This document shows, piece after piece, positions 1 to 13,067 of a stretch of 64,000 nt of DNA. Where the stretch lies: the NCBI RefSeq assembly GCF_009914755.1, contig NC_060931.1. One strand, 5' to 3'. Source of the DNA: the human T2T-CHM13v2.0 reference genome, Homo sapiens. A program made the position numbers and the translations under genes. Every line of letters starts with the position of its first letter. The stretch's first letter is position 1. The notes beneath the pieces are model-generated. The model saw only the letters and a list, made by a program, of their open reading frames with translations, was not told the origin of the DNA and made no database searches.

Positions 1-330
1 GATTTTCATGATGGAGATGGGGAGAAATAGATAGTTTAAAAACTGTTAAAAAGGAGCATTGGCAGAACTCATTAATTGAACAGATGCAGATAGCAGGTAG
101 GCTGGGGGAGGGAGGTGTTACATATGACAACATGACATATTCTGTTAATACTAATTGAAGGCCTCTATGGTGGAATCACTTACTTAGGTGACTTGGGAAT
201 ACAGGGAGGTAAAGTCACATTCCTGGCTCCCAAGAAATGTATAGTACATTTAAAGGGATAAGACATAACAACATCTTTTTAGTATCTGCTCTAGTTTATT
301 ATTTTATTTTTTAGGGCCCTATTCTGTTCT

Positions 331-351
331 CAAAAAAAAAAAAAAAAAAAA
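331..351 (+). repeat. poly(A) tract
   Basis: Run of about 21 A. Confidence 0.9.
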
Positions 352-1044
352 GTAGTAAGGATGAAAAGGGGTAGGGCATCTGGAAAAAACTTTGGAGAAG
401 CCTCAGGAACATCCCGCTTGAAACCTCCAGCCAATTATTTCAGTCTTATAGAGAGAGTGGATTAAATGAATAGGTTGTGTCACTATTTTTGAGAAGCCTG
501 AGTGCCTCTTCTAAGAGCTATTCTCATTTCCACAAAAAGGAAGGGAAATTGCGGTATCTAAAAGTAGTGTTTGAAAGTCACTTCTTAAGAATTATATCGA
601 GTCAAAACACTTTCATTTAAAGCCCTTAATATTTGAACATTGTTATTTATTTTTGCTGTTTGGATTTTTATGTGTGTGTTTGTGTACCTATGAAAAACTA
701 TTCATGTCTCAAATGAAATAAAAGAAGGTGGCTGTGATGTATTAGTATAGGTTCTCAATTTCTGTCCTAGGTAAGATGAAAAGCATGAAGATGCCTCCTT
801 CAATCCCGTCATGGCCACAGTCTCCTTGTCATACCCATATAGGCTCTACCTCAAGTTGTGGGCAAACTTCTTTACCCACCTGTCATGAAACTGTGCTTTT
901 TCTATGCTATCTCTAGGGCCCCAAGACTGTATGGATAGCTGCAGACCACCACATTCAGGAAGAGGGGCCAGATCCATTAGGGAGTATATTTGGCATTGAG
1001 CTGATAGAGAATAAAGGAGAAAAACTTCCTGAGTAGCTCCAGTC

Positions 1045-1900
1045 TTACCAACCCAGCTTCTGTTTCAAAGTGAGTTCATGATCAACGGTGGTCTCGCCTG
1101 GAGTCATTAGTCCAGAGAACATCCCAACAAAGAAGGTGTAGGAAGTTTTCCTAAACCTAATTTTTAGGTCAAAAAAACAAGACAGAGAGAGAACAAGATT
1201 AGGAAATAAATGGGAAGTTGGAGGAGCCCGGATCAAGCAGAAGTAAGCCCAAGAATGCAAGGGAAAGGTCTGAGGTATAATGGTATAGGTCTGAGACAGG
1301 AAGAGCTACGGAATAAGCAGAGCAAGAAAGTGCAGAGGGCAATAAGGAATCCTTTCAGATGCTTTTCTTCTACTCCAACCCCAATTAGATACACATGGGC
1401 ATTGGTAATTTTGCCTTCTGAATCTCTGGGATAATACATCAACCACGTCATTTGCCCTGGGGAGAGGGTCTTTGAAATTAGCACAATAGCTCTGATTTCC
1501 TGCCAAATGGTTAATCAGAAGGGGACCTAATACATAAAGAGCAGGAATCTATTGTTTTCATAGACTCCTTATGCCTTGGGTAAGACATAATTCTAACTTG
1601 CTATTACCCCCTTCTCTGATTTTACACTAACTAGGGATATAACAGCCACCTCAAATGTCCCCAGATAGTCCACATCCCAGCAACAGCCGACTTCGCCAAA
1701 TTGGGGCAGCGATTTCACCTTCATCTCACAGAGTTCAATGAGTATGTTGCCAAGGGACATTTTGAGTGCCAATTCACTAATTTTACAGAAACTCTGTAAT
1801 TGGTTGGAATTGCTAAGGTCAGGGATTGTACATTTCTTGTCACCTTCCTTCAGAGGGCTAATTTCTGTTTTCTCTCTCGGATGCATTCTATAGCTCAAAC
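1045..1900 (-). pseudogene. Candidate degraded endogenous bornavirus-like nucleoprotein element (EBLN-like), tentative
   Basis: Three minus-strand ORF pieces give collinear motifs IPDL, LCEMKVKS..CC, GQMT, WAYFCLIRAP..FPNL and PGETTVDHEL. These resemble recalled Borna disease virus N motifs IPGL, LTELEISS..CC, AQMT, FPFLGAIRHP..FPNL and PGASVKETQL. Stops and frameshifts lie between them. By-eye only. Confidence 0.35.
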
Positions 1901-2696
1901 AGCAGATGCATTCTCTTGCAGTGGTGAATAAAGGCCATTCTTGGACAGGCCCAATTGCTCTACTAAGTTAGAAGGAACCTCCTTTTTAGCTGACATATAA
2001 TCAATCAGCATGCATTCGGTTTAGAGCAATGAATCTTCTGTAAGTGACAAGAGACTGGATTTGTTAATTTTGCTTTCAGCAAATGTACCTTAATATGGAT
2101 ATTTCTAAGATTCTTGGCAGCAATATAATTTAAAACATGGTTTAGTGTGACAATACAAGAGCATGATGTTCTGATTCTGATAAAATTTTGTCACATATGA
2201 GAGAAGGAAGAAAAAAAAGGTTAGTAGTTCAGATAAGAGAAAATAATTGGCTGAAAAGCTTTTATATTTGAGAATGATATAAAAGTGGAAAGTGAAATCA
2301 TTGACATGAACTGAGAACTTTGACGGACCTTTACTCTGGAACCGCAATTGCCCAGCTGTGCCTGACATGATCCCATTTGAAGTCAGGGGTCATGATATAA
2401 ACCTCTCATCTCTGATTTTCCCCTAACCAGGGCTCCAATGGACATCTCAGAATTCCTCAGAACCCCCACACTCTCCAACAGCTGACTTTGATAGTTTGCC
2501 TGTTACGAATCAGGGCAGCAATTTGATCACTTCTCATATGGTCCAATACATATGTTGTCAAGTAAAGTAAAAAGATAGCACAAGAAATTTTTACTAGATA
2601 TAATTGCATTTGAATCACATCCAACTATGCATGAAAACAGCATAGATATCACCTAAGACTCTTACTAACGAAAGTTCCCCACAAAATATCTTAGTG

Positions 2697-2853
2697 CAGT
2701 GATTCTCAAAGTTGTGGTATATATCGGAATCACCAGGGGGAACTTGTTAAAATGCAGAAGCCCAGGCTTTTGTCTACTTGATGAATCTGAGCCCCTATTC
2801 TTTATTAACTCCCCCAGGTAATTCTAAAACACTTCTGAGTTTGAGAACCACTG
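2697..2853. mobile_element. MER5-type hAT-Charlie MITE
   Basis: Terminal inverted repeats CAGTGATTCTCAAA ... TTTGAGAACCACTG; internal 'gaatcacc...cttgttaaaatgcaga' typical of MER5A/B. Confidence 0.8.
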
Positions 2854-3200
2854 ATGTAGTGTTATAGAAAGTAAGTAGAGAAAAGGATGAGCTATAGATA
2901 AGAGGGCAACACTTTCTGCCCCTTTTCCCACTGCATGTAGGACATGTTGAGGAGTGGTTTAGCTGGATGGGAAAGCAAGTGTCTTTTTTCATCACTTTTC
3001 ACTGAGCAGGCAGTTTCTCAATTGCAGCGCCTTCTCCCTCTGACTCCATGCCCATACACACATTATGAATCCGAGGGCCGGTGCCCATGCAGCCATACAA
3101 TAGAGACAAGGACCAATTTACTTGCCAACTAAACATGTAGGGACATGCTGTCTATCCTCAACACAGATAAAACCTGCAGGTGCTCTTCCTTTGTTGAGCC

Positions 3201-3371
3201 CAGTGCTTCTCAACCTTGGTTGCACATTACAATTGAAGAATGTTTCAAACTCCCCATTGCCCAAGCTGTAACACAGTCTAGTTACAGCTAAATTGGGAGG
3301 AGAGCACAGGTTTTGGTGGTTTATAAGGCTTCCCAGGTGATTCAACATCTAACCAAAATTGAAAACAACTG
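3201..3371. mobile_element. MER5A1-like hAT-Charlie MITE
   Basis: CAGTGCTTCTCAACCTTGG ... TTGAAAACAACTG termini; 'cccaggtgattc' core. Confidence 0.75.
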
Positions 3372-3719
3372 TCTCTAATTCAGATTCTCACGAATGAGGC
3401 AGATTCATCCTGCATTTAAGAGAGCAACCTGTAACTCTAAGGTTACTTCTTCTATTGTATAGTCTCATGATTTGGTATCAGATTAAGTAGTTTAAAATAT
3501 GAGAAAATGTGCACGAAGAAAAGTCCCAGAGATCTGATTGCCCATTCCTTCTCCTTTCCTACAGTCTTCAGTCTAGGTGACAATGCAAATATAAACCTGC
3601 TCTTTTCAGGAAGAAAATACCCACCACACCAACATATGGAAATAGAAAGACTGTGTAAACCTGATTCTTTTATAAGGCGTGTAAAGAGAGAAATGAGAAC
3701 AGCACATTTGAAATTCAGA

Positions 3720-4612
3720 TTTAATCAAGAAGTCTTAAACTCAATAAAAAGACAACTCAATTTTTAAATGGACAGAAGATTTTAGTAGATATTTTTATCA
3801 AAGAAGATATACAAATAACTAATAAGCACCTGAAAAAAAGCTCAACATTATTGGCTATTAGGAAATGCAAATCAAAACCACATGAAATAACACTTACTCA
3901 TCACTGAAATGGCTATAATCAAAAAAACAGACAATAAAAGTGATGTCAATGATGTGGAAAAACTAAAACGCTCATTAATACATTGCTGGTGGGAATGTAA
4001 AATGGTGTGGCCACTTTGGAAAGCAGTATGCCAATTTCTTAAAAATTAAACACAAAGTTACCATGCAAATCAGCAATTCTACTCCTAGTAGTCTCTCCAA
4101 GAGAGATGAAAATGAAAGATGGCCACACAAAGACTTGTATGTGAATGTTTATTATGGATAATACCCCCAAAGTGGAAACAACGCAAATGTCTTTCAACTG
4201 GTAAATGGATAAACAAAATGTGATATAGCCACAAAATGGAATAATTTACAACAATAAAAAGTAATACAGTACTGATATAGGCCACACTATGCATGAACTT
4301 CAGAAAATTATGCTGCACAAAAGAAATCCAACACAAAGTCCACATATTTTATGATTTAATTTCTACAAAATGTCTAGAAAAGATAAATCTGCAGAGACAA
4401 AAAGCTGATTAGTGGTTGCCGGGGACTGGAGTGGATATAAAGAATGACTACAAATGGGCCTGAGAGATACTATTTGCGTGAGAGAAATGTTCTAAAATTG
4501 GATTGTGGCGATGGTTGCACAACTCTGTAAATTTACTAGAAGTTAATTAAGTTGTGTACTTAAAATGGGTGAATTTTATGATATATATATTATAATAAAG
4601 CTATTTAGAAAA
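3720..4612 (+). mobile_element. Old L1 (L1MB/L1ME-like) 3' end
   Basis: ORF2 C-terminal and 3'UTR hallmarks: 'gaaatgcaaatcaaaacca', 'cattgctggtgggaatgtaaaatgg', 'gatggttgcacaactctgtaaat', ending in AATAAA. Confidence 0.85.
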
Positions 4613-5409
4613 ACATGTAGAATTGACTTTACAATTCTGCAAAAATAATGTAAAAATTTAAGTAGATATAACATGCAAAAATAAAGCTTATTACTTTGGA
4701 AAAAATTACTTCAAAAATATGAAAATAGTTTAAGCTGCAGGAATTTTTTTAAAAAAACAAACTCTAAAATGATAATATTGAGCATTGACTATATTCCAGG
4801 CATTATTCTAAGTGCTTTATATCATTTTGTCCTATAAATGAGCCTCTAAGTTTGATGTTATGTTCCATTGTACTAGTATTGAAACTGAGGTCTAACTAGA
4901 GATAAAAGACTGATGCTAGAATAAGAAGACAGATTAAAAGGAAGATGGTAGTACTAAAGAAATAATTTGAGTAATTTATAGTGCGTTTGCATAATTGTAA
5001 CTGGTATTAAAAAGAATGAAAAAGAGAATAGAGACCCAAATCTAGTGTTGATCAGATGAAGATTAAAGACATCACAGACAATGCAGAGAAAAAGGAGAAA
5101 GAGATTAAGGTGATCAGAGAATAGATGATAGATAGATACAGATGACATAAAATGAGGAACAGAGTAGGGATAATTAGTGTTCTTGGGGTGCAGAGGAGAA
5201 TCAACATAAAAATATTAAAGATATTATTTAAAATGTCTTTTTAGCTGAAGAGAATTCTAAACATAAATAATACTATCATTAGCAAGAATAAATATCAGGC
5301 AATAATGTACCACAACTGCACTGAGCACACATCAGCTCCTTGAACCATCACAACAACCCTAGGAAGCATGAACTATAATTTCCATTTTACAAAGGATCCC
5401 TAGAGCTAA

Positions 5410-5527
5410 GATGACTAGATATCTTGTTTGCTTAGGACAATTCTGGTTTACTGCATGTAAACTACCTAAAATACCCATTTTATTCTCAAATTTATGAGTC
5501 TGGACAATAAATTACATGATCACCCTA
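5410..5527. mobile_element. hAT-Blackjack (MER81-like) fragment
   Basis: Ends in 'atgatcacccta' and resembles the reverse complement of the element at 39710. Confidence 0.5.
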
Positions 5528-6682
5528 TTTTGAGTCTAAGAACTACAGGTGGTAAACTGCAGAACCAAAACTTATTGGAGAAGTCTCCAAAGCCTTTGTT
5601 CTTAACCATTTTGTTATACTAAATCTGCAGAGCTAAAGTGTTCATCACAAAGCGACACAACTTGTAAAAAATAAGTGATTATACCAAGAAATTCTGCATT
5701 TCAAAGATAAATAAACAACTCTATATGCATTCAGTAGAAGTAAGTCATTTAAAAAGGAAAAAGATATTAATTAATTTCATAAGTAAATGAAAAATAGTAC
5801 CCTGGATTTCTTCTTTACAACATTAAATGCCAGAAAACAATGTCTACAAAGTCAAGTTAGAATTAATGGAAGCTCTCAAATATACAAGTAGCTAAGAATC
5901 AAGAAGTCAAGCAACTACTTAAAGACATTGTCCAGCTAATTTAGGTAGAAATCAAAATTTAGACTTCACAAACACATAAGTAAGATACAGAAGTACTTAT
6001 AGTGGGCAATGAATCCACTTTAATATCAAATTATGTAACAGTTGATCTGGTAAATATCATGTCTAGACAAAGTATACATGTGATATTTCTTGGAAGACAA
6101 TATGCACCATATCTAACTTCGATCCTGCATCAAAAATTCCACTGGTTTGAGAAGAGGCCGAGGGAGCAGTGTGGGAAGAAATGCATATGAGCTGCTTTTC
6201 CCATTTTCACAAGGGGAATCCAATAAATAATGTCTTATTCCTGTTGTTGATAAACTAGCAGTCTGAAATTTAGTCAAAATTTTTAAGTTGTAAAAATATA
6301 CATCAGTAGAGCAAAAAAAATTGTATTATCTTTCATGTTGCAGAAGAAAATAGAATTAAAGAAAACCTTAGAAAGATAACATAAAGAAAAAATGCAAAGG
6401 TAATACTAAAACTAAAGAAAATATTTTAAATAGCAGTAAAAGACAGAAAACAAAGGTAAAAATCAGGAAGTATATAGAGAGACCAAACACAGGATGTTTA
6501 ATACTAAATACAAATGGTTAAATCACTCTCTTATTAAAAGAAAGATAGCCTCATATTAAACAAAACAATAAGTAAAATATATTTACAAGAGACACCAAAT
6601 GCCAATGATTACAGAATGTAGAGAATAAAAGAATCAGTAAAGATATGCAAAAGAAACTAAAATATAATACAAATTTAAAAAT

Positions 6683-6870
6683 ACAGTATAACAGCTATTT
6701 ACCTAGCATTTACATTGTATTTAATTAATCTAGAGATGATTTTAAGTATATGTAAGGATATGCATAGGTTATATGCAAATACTACACCGTTTTATATAAG
6801 CGACTTGAGCATCTTGGATTTGGCATCCACGGGAGTCTTACAACAAATCCTCCATGCATACCAAGGGATT
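6683..6870 (-). mobile_element. MER2 (TcMar-Tigger) fragment
   Basis: 'tagcatttacattgta...ctagagatgatt...ggttatatgcaaatactac...gacttgagcatc' is the reverse complement of the MER2 5' half; related to the copy at 55247. Confidence 0.8.
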
Positions 6871-6919
6871 TGTCTGCTTATCTGACTTACTTAAAGAATC
6901 CTGATTTTATAGAGCGTGA

Positions 6920-7225
6920 CCATATTCTCAGCCTCCCTTGCAAATAGGAGAAGCTATGTGACTAAGTTCTGACCAGTGAAATATAAGTGGAAGTTACTGG
7001 GAGGGCTTCCAGGAAAATTCCTTTAAAAAGAGCTGAGCTCCCTTTTGTCTTTCCCCTTTCCTTCTTCCATTGGCTGGAATGCAAACACGATGAAGCTGAA
7101 ATGTATATCTTACAACCATATGGTGACCTTAAAGATGGAAGCACTTCATCAAGGAAAACAGAGCAAGAAGATACGATGAGCCTGGGTCACTAATGATATC
7201 CTGGAACCACTTCACCACCCCTTGA
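6920..7225. mobile_element. Old MaLR LTR (MLT1J/K-like) fragment
   Basis: 'cagcctcccttgca...tgtgactaagttctgaccagtgaaatataagtggaagt' MLT1 motif. Confidence 0.6.
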
Positions 7226-7749
7226 TTCATGTTACCACTAATTCCCCATTGCTTTCCTACATTAATTCAAACTTGACTTTGTAAAAATTATTTTCTGGCA
7301 TATAATGTTGTAAAGAAAAAATTCAAGATACTGTTTTTTTATTTACTTACTAAATTAATATAGTATTTCTTTATTAGTGACTCACTTTTACTGAATGCAT
7401 GTAAAACTTGTTTATCCTTGAAATACAGGATTCCTTGGTACAACCACTTTTTTTTCTAAAACTAGTTTGTTTCTTTATGATGAACACTATAATAGCTCTG
7501 CAGATTTAGTGTAATAAAAGGGTTAAGAACAATAGCTTTGGAGACTTCCATGACTGAAAGTTTTGGTTCTGCAACTTACCAACTCTAGTTCTTAGGCCCA
7601 AAGTAAGGTGATCATGTTATTTACCTTGTGTCTTCACCACAATACCTTGACTCTATCTTTCTTGAGGGAAAGACAAACAAGCATTCTGTTTTGTTCAAAT
7701 TGCTCTTTTTTTAAGATCTCTGTACTTGGACTAAAAAGCAATTATTAAC

Positions 7750-8600
7750 TGATATCAGCACATAAAATTAGTTTATAACAAATCAAAATCCAAGGTGAAA
7801 AAATTATATGAGAGTCTTTTTACTTGATGGTTGACAAATTCAACATAATCACGTGTGTCATGAATCTTTTTATGACAACAATACAGCATCAAAATGTACA
7901 GTGTAGACCTAGAGGAAATACAAAGAGAAACACAGGGCCCCAATAATAATGGAAAACATAAACAAACCTTTCTGTGCCTTTGACAAATTAGGTAGACAAA
8001 AGCTAAAAGGTAAAGAAATGAGATTCTAGAGACTTCAGTAGAACTAAGAGTACCTAATAAAATGCTTCTAAAAATATGTGTGTGTGCGTGCGCACATGTG
8101 CACACACACAGGCATTTGTGAAATTATCTTATAAATAGAATTCCAGGTATTTTTTCAAAAACTGAACATATATATATAATGTTTTAAAATATTTCAAAAG
8201 ATAGAACTTGCCTTCAAAATATAATTCAAGAAATAAACAAAACTTGAAATTAAACTGAACAAAAATATAAACATTTAGAAGTCACTTCCAAGTAATTCTT
8301 TGGTCTAAGAAGAAATCAGACACACATTGTATTTATTGTAGAAAATAATGAAAATGAAAATACCACATATCAGACTCTCCAGGTCACAGCTAAAAGCAGA
8401 TTCAGAGGAAAATTCGTTGCCTTAAATGCTTCAATTATAAATATGAATGAATGAAAATAAACGTTAAGTATTTAATCCAAGCATTCAGATTTTTTAAAGA
8501 CAGCAAAATTAAGAAAGAAAAAGAAGGAATTGATGAAGATGTAGTAATAGCAATTGTACTTCAATAAAATATTTTGAGGAAATAATCAGACAAGAGCTCA
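7750..8600 (+). mobile_element. Highly degraded ancient L1 ORF2 remnant
   Basis: A-rich, with L1-like phrases 'ttcagaggaaaattcgttgccttaaatgc' and 'aaaataccacatatcaga'. Confidence 0.5.
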
Positions 8601-10160
8601 AGAATGTTTGTTCGGTGCTGTTTCTGGAAACTCAGAAAAAACTTTAATCTTTATTATAGGGATGATTGAATAAATCATAACACATTTCATGTTAGCAGAA
8701 CAAAGAGACACTAAAATATATACCTTAATACAAAAATCTACAACAAGTGGAATTAAAAAGCAGAATGCAGAGCTGAATATAAGAATCACAATTGGGCACT
8801 GAGGAATACATTAGCAGTTAATATAAGTTGTGTCTTTACATCTTCAGGTATTTATTTAAAGGAACTACAGTTTGGTGTTATAATTAGAAAAATACAACCC
8901 TAAAAGTATGGACTGTGAAATCATATTTATTCTAGTGTCCTCCTTTAAGTAGAACATTGCATTCCATTTCTTTAGGGACTGTATTTCTTAATCATTGTAA
9001 CAGGTATAACCTCTTGTACCCATTACAGCAAGCAATTACTAAATATAATATACCACATTTGTCTTTTCTGCAGGATCCCAAGAATTTCTCTGCCCTCAAA
9101 GCAATTTTCTGTTTAATGCTATGCTGAGGATACTCTTATTTCATACTAATGATTTAGAACCCTCACCACCATATCAGAATTCCAAGCCAAAACTAAGGTA
9201 CTATGAAAAGTTAACTGGTGTGGAAAGTCAATGGTCATTTCTTATCTTATTTCTCTACTTGAAGAGTTATTCCTTACCAAGAGCTCTCCGCACCTTCACT
9301 ATGGGGAAATATGCACCTACTTTAAGGAAATATTATGGGAATTAAATGTTGTGACATCTTTCAGGCACCCAGCACAGTGGTGAGATGGAGTTCCCCCTTT
9401 ACCTTCTCCCATATTCTTTCCTGATCCTATCTGAGTAATTACAACTCTTCCAACCAATCCACTTTTACACAGTTTTTTTTATAGAATAAACATCCAAATG
9501 CAGCATCTGTGATATATCTGAATTAAATAGTGGGTGCAACAACATGGCTATTTCAAGCTTAAATGTCAGCTAATTTTTTTGAAAGCAAAGTCATGGGAGT
9601 GAGTGTCTGTTTACACCTAATGCTGAGAAATTTAATCTCTGCAGGCTGTGACACATTCTGATATCAGAGGATCAAAATCCCACTGGTGGAAGTTAATTTC
9701 CTTTGCTCTACAATCCACACTTACCATTCTGCACTCAGGTGGGAAAATAAAACTTGTGTTCTTCATCCAAAGTTACTAAAAACACCCAAGCCCAAATTTA
9801 AACCTCAAAACTATGAGCTCTGCTTCCTTGGAACTCAAAAGAATAATTCTCTTTGCTACTCAGAGATTAATCACACTGCCTTTATCACCTACTATGCTTG
9901 TGTTATTTTACTCTTCTTTTGTTATTTAACTGAGAGCATTTGTGTCTATTCTACCCAACCAAACCATGAATTTGCATGTGTCAGGGAAGCTCTGGCAAAA
10001 TCTGATACAACTTATTCCTCATATATTAATTGCTTAATACAGTTTTTGTGATTGAATTTTGAGCTAATAACATATTTTAATTCAATACAGCATGCATTTT
10101 TAAACACTCTGAGAATGTCCAAAAACAATTTGGCACTTAGGTAAGAAGAGACTTTATTCA

Positions 10161-10485
<325 letters not shown>

Positions 10486-10932
10486 TTAGTGCAAGAGGGA
10501 GACTGGACCATTACAGTAAGGAGAAAGGGGCTGTTGTAGTTTGGAGAACATTCTTATCATGAGATCTGGAAGTATCTCAAGGGTTAGGAAAAAAGAGATT
10601 CTCTTTCATAGGAAAGAATAGACAAGGCTAGAAAGAACCAGGTGTGGAGAAGTACCATGACAGGAGTGACACGATCTGCCAGTAGATGAGGGAATATTTT
10701 ACCCTGAACTCTGCAGCGTACTCCAGGGAGAGGCTGTGGAGGAGGAGCTGTGTGCTGGCTGAGGCTGAGGGCGGGACAAAGTTCAGCCTAGGAGAAGCAA
10801 AGAATCTTAACCAAAGTTGGTTTAGCCTGCATTTTTTTCTGATTGATCAGTGGGGACAAAACAGCTTAGCTAATATCATTTATGAGACAAACAAAAGGAA
10901 TTTAGAGGGTCTGCGTCTGGCCTTGTTATAAG

Positions 10933-11354
10933 TGTTGATGGCTATTTACTCTGTGTTGCTACAAAAATATATGTGAAATTGGGTAATTTAAAAAGAACAG
11001 AGGTTCATTTGGTTCACAGTTCTGCAGGCTGTACAAGAAGCATAGTGTCAGCATTTGCTTCTGGTGAGGGCCTTGGGAAGCTTACAATCATGGCAGAAGG
11101 CAAAGTAGGAACAGGCACGCCACATGGCAAGAGAGGGAGCAAGAGAGAAAGGAGGAGGTGCCAGGCTCTTTGAACAACCAGATCTCATGAGAACTAAAAT
11201 CAAGAACTCACTCATTACTGCAAGAACAGCACCAAGCCCTTCATGAGGGATCCACCCCCATGATCGAAACACCTCCCACCAGGCCCCACCTCCAACATTA
11301 GAGGTCACATTTCAACATGAGATTTGAAGGGGACAAAACATTTGAACCATATCA
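10933..11354 (-). mobile_element. MSTB-like MaLR solo LTR
   Basis: 'ttcacagttctgcaggctgtacaagaagcat...cttacaatcatggcagaagg...ccccacctccaacatt...accatatca'. Confidence 0.9.
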
Positions 11355-12469
11355 ATGCCCACAAGGCAGCATTGGTGAATCTGATTTAAGTCACATGGGG
11401 AATAATGGTTAGCTGCACAAAGCCCTTTCTGGAACACAAAGCAGTGGGGGCATTTATTAACCTTTTCTGTTTTCCAGGATCACAGGGTTCTGGTAAAGTT
11501 CAAACTTGTCAGAGGATACAAGGAGAAAAGGTGCAGTGTCTCCATTCAGGAATTTGGAGACTAAAGAAAGAGTCAAGGAAAAATTGTTCACATTTTTAAA
11601 AATAGTAACGATTAAGCAGAAGACAAGAAGGAAGACAATTAGATCTCATTTGATTTCCAATACCTTCATGATGCAGGCACCACAGTCTCTCAGTTAACAG
11701 ATGAGAAGAAAGAGGCTTAGAACTGTTAAGTAAATAATCCAGGGACTCACAGACAGGACATAGCAGAGCCAAGTTTGAATCCAGATCATTTTGACAGCCC
11801 AGGGCACAGTTCATATATGAAAAGGCCAACTAACAAAATGTTAGCTAACAAATGCATCACTGTGGACAGTCAGGAAATACCTGCAAGCTCCAGAACTTTC
11901 TCATTTACATAGCACTAACAGAAACTTTTGGACTTTCCCTGCAATGAGGCAGAGTGTCAATCCCTACTGAGATGGACCCCAATAACCATTAAAAATACAT
12001 ATATAAAAAACAAGTTTAAATATTTTGCCTATAACTTTTATTCCAAAGCTTATGAACTCTTCTCTTTTAGCATTACAGGAAAATGATGTATTTGTTCAAG
12101 GATATAAAAATTGTGGCCAGGGCTCCCATAGTGAATGTATGAAGCAGGAAGCTGGGGGGATCCATGGAACCTTGAGCATTCTCTTCCAGAACTCTCCATC
12201 CCTGCTAAAGCTAAAATGCCTGTATCATGGGCAAAGCTTGTCACACTAGAAAGGTCAAAACTTAAAAATGTTCTTACCAAGTATCTCCCAGTAGTATGTG
12301 GCTGATATGAGACTGAGGCAAAGCTTCTCCTAGCAGAAAAGAAGGGACTCAGTAACCTGGGAAAGGTGACCTTCATCTAGAAAAGGAAGAGACAGAATTT
12401 CTACAAATGAGTTCAGGTAAGAATGTGTATTAGAGTTCTCCAGAGAAACAGAAATAGAACTAATAGGAG

Positions 12470-12471
<2 letters not shown>

Positions 12472-12511
<40 letters not shown>
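12472..12511. repeat. (GT)20 microsatellite
   Basis: Uninterrupted GT dinucleotide run followed by a GA-rich tract. Confidence 0.95.
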
Positions 12512-12513
<2 letters not shown>

Positions 12514-12627
12514 GGAGGGGGGAGAGAGAGAAACAGAGAGAGAAATTTATTATAGGGAATACAATATGAAATAATCATTCACACAATTAATAGAGACTAA
12601 GAAGTCCCAAGATCTGCAAGCAGCAAG

Positions 12628-13067
12628 TGTCAGGCCTCTGAGCCCAAGCCAAGCCATCGCATCCCCTGTGACTTGCACGTATACGCCCAGATGGCCTGAA
12701 GTAACTGAAGAATCACAAGAGAAGTGAAAAGGCCCTGCCCCGCCTTAACTGATGACATTCCACCATTGTGATTTGTTCCTGCCCCACCCTAACTGATCAA
12801 GGTACTTTGTAATCTCCCCCACCCTTAAGAAGGTTCTTTGTAATTCTCCCCACCCTTGAGAATGTACTTTGTGAGATCCACCCCTGCCCGCAAAACATTG
12901 CTCTTAACTTCACCGCCTATCCCAAAACGTATAAGAACTAATGATAATCCACCACCCTTTGCTGACTCTCTTTTCAGACTCAGCCCACCTGCACCCAGGT
13001 GAAATAAACAGCCATGTTGCTCACACAAAGCCTGTTTGGTGCTCTCTTCACACGGACGCGCATGAAA
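12628..13067 (+). mobile_element. HERV-H solo LTR (LTR7B / type II-like)
   Basis: Starts TGTCAGGCCTCTGAGCCCAAGCC and ends CACACGGACGCGCATGAAA. Type II U3 repeats 'tactttgtaatctcccccaccctt', TATAAG at 12930, AATAAA at 13003, perfect 5-bp TSD GCAAG (12623-27 and 13068-72). Confidence 0.95.
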
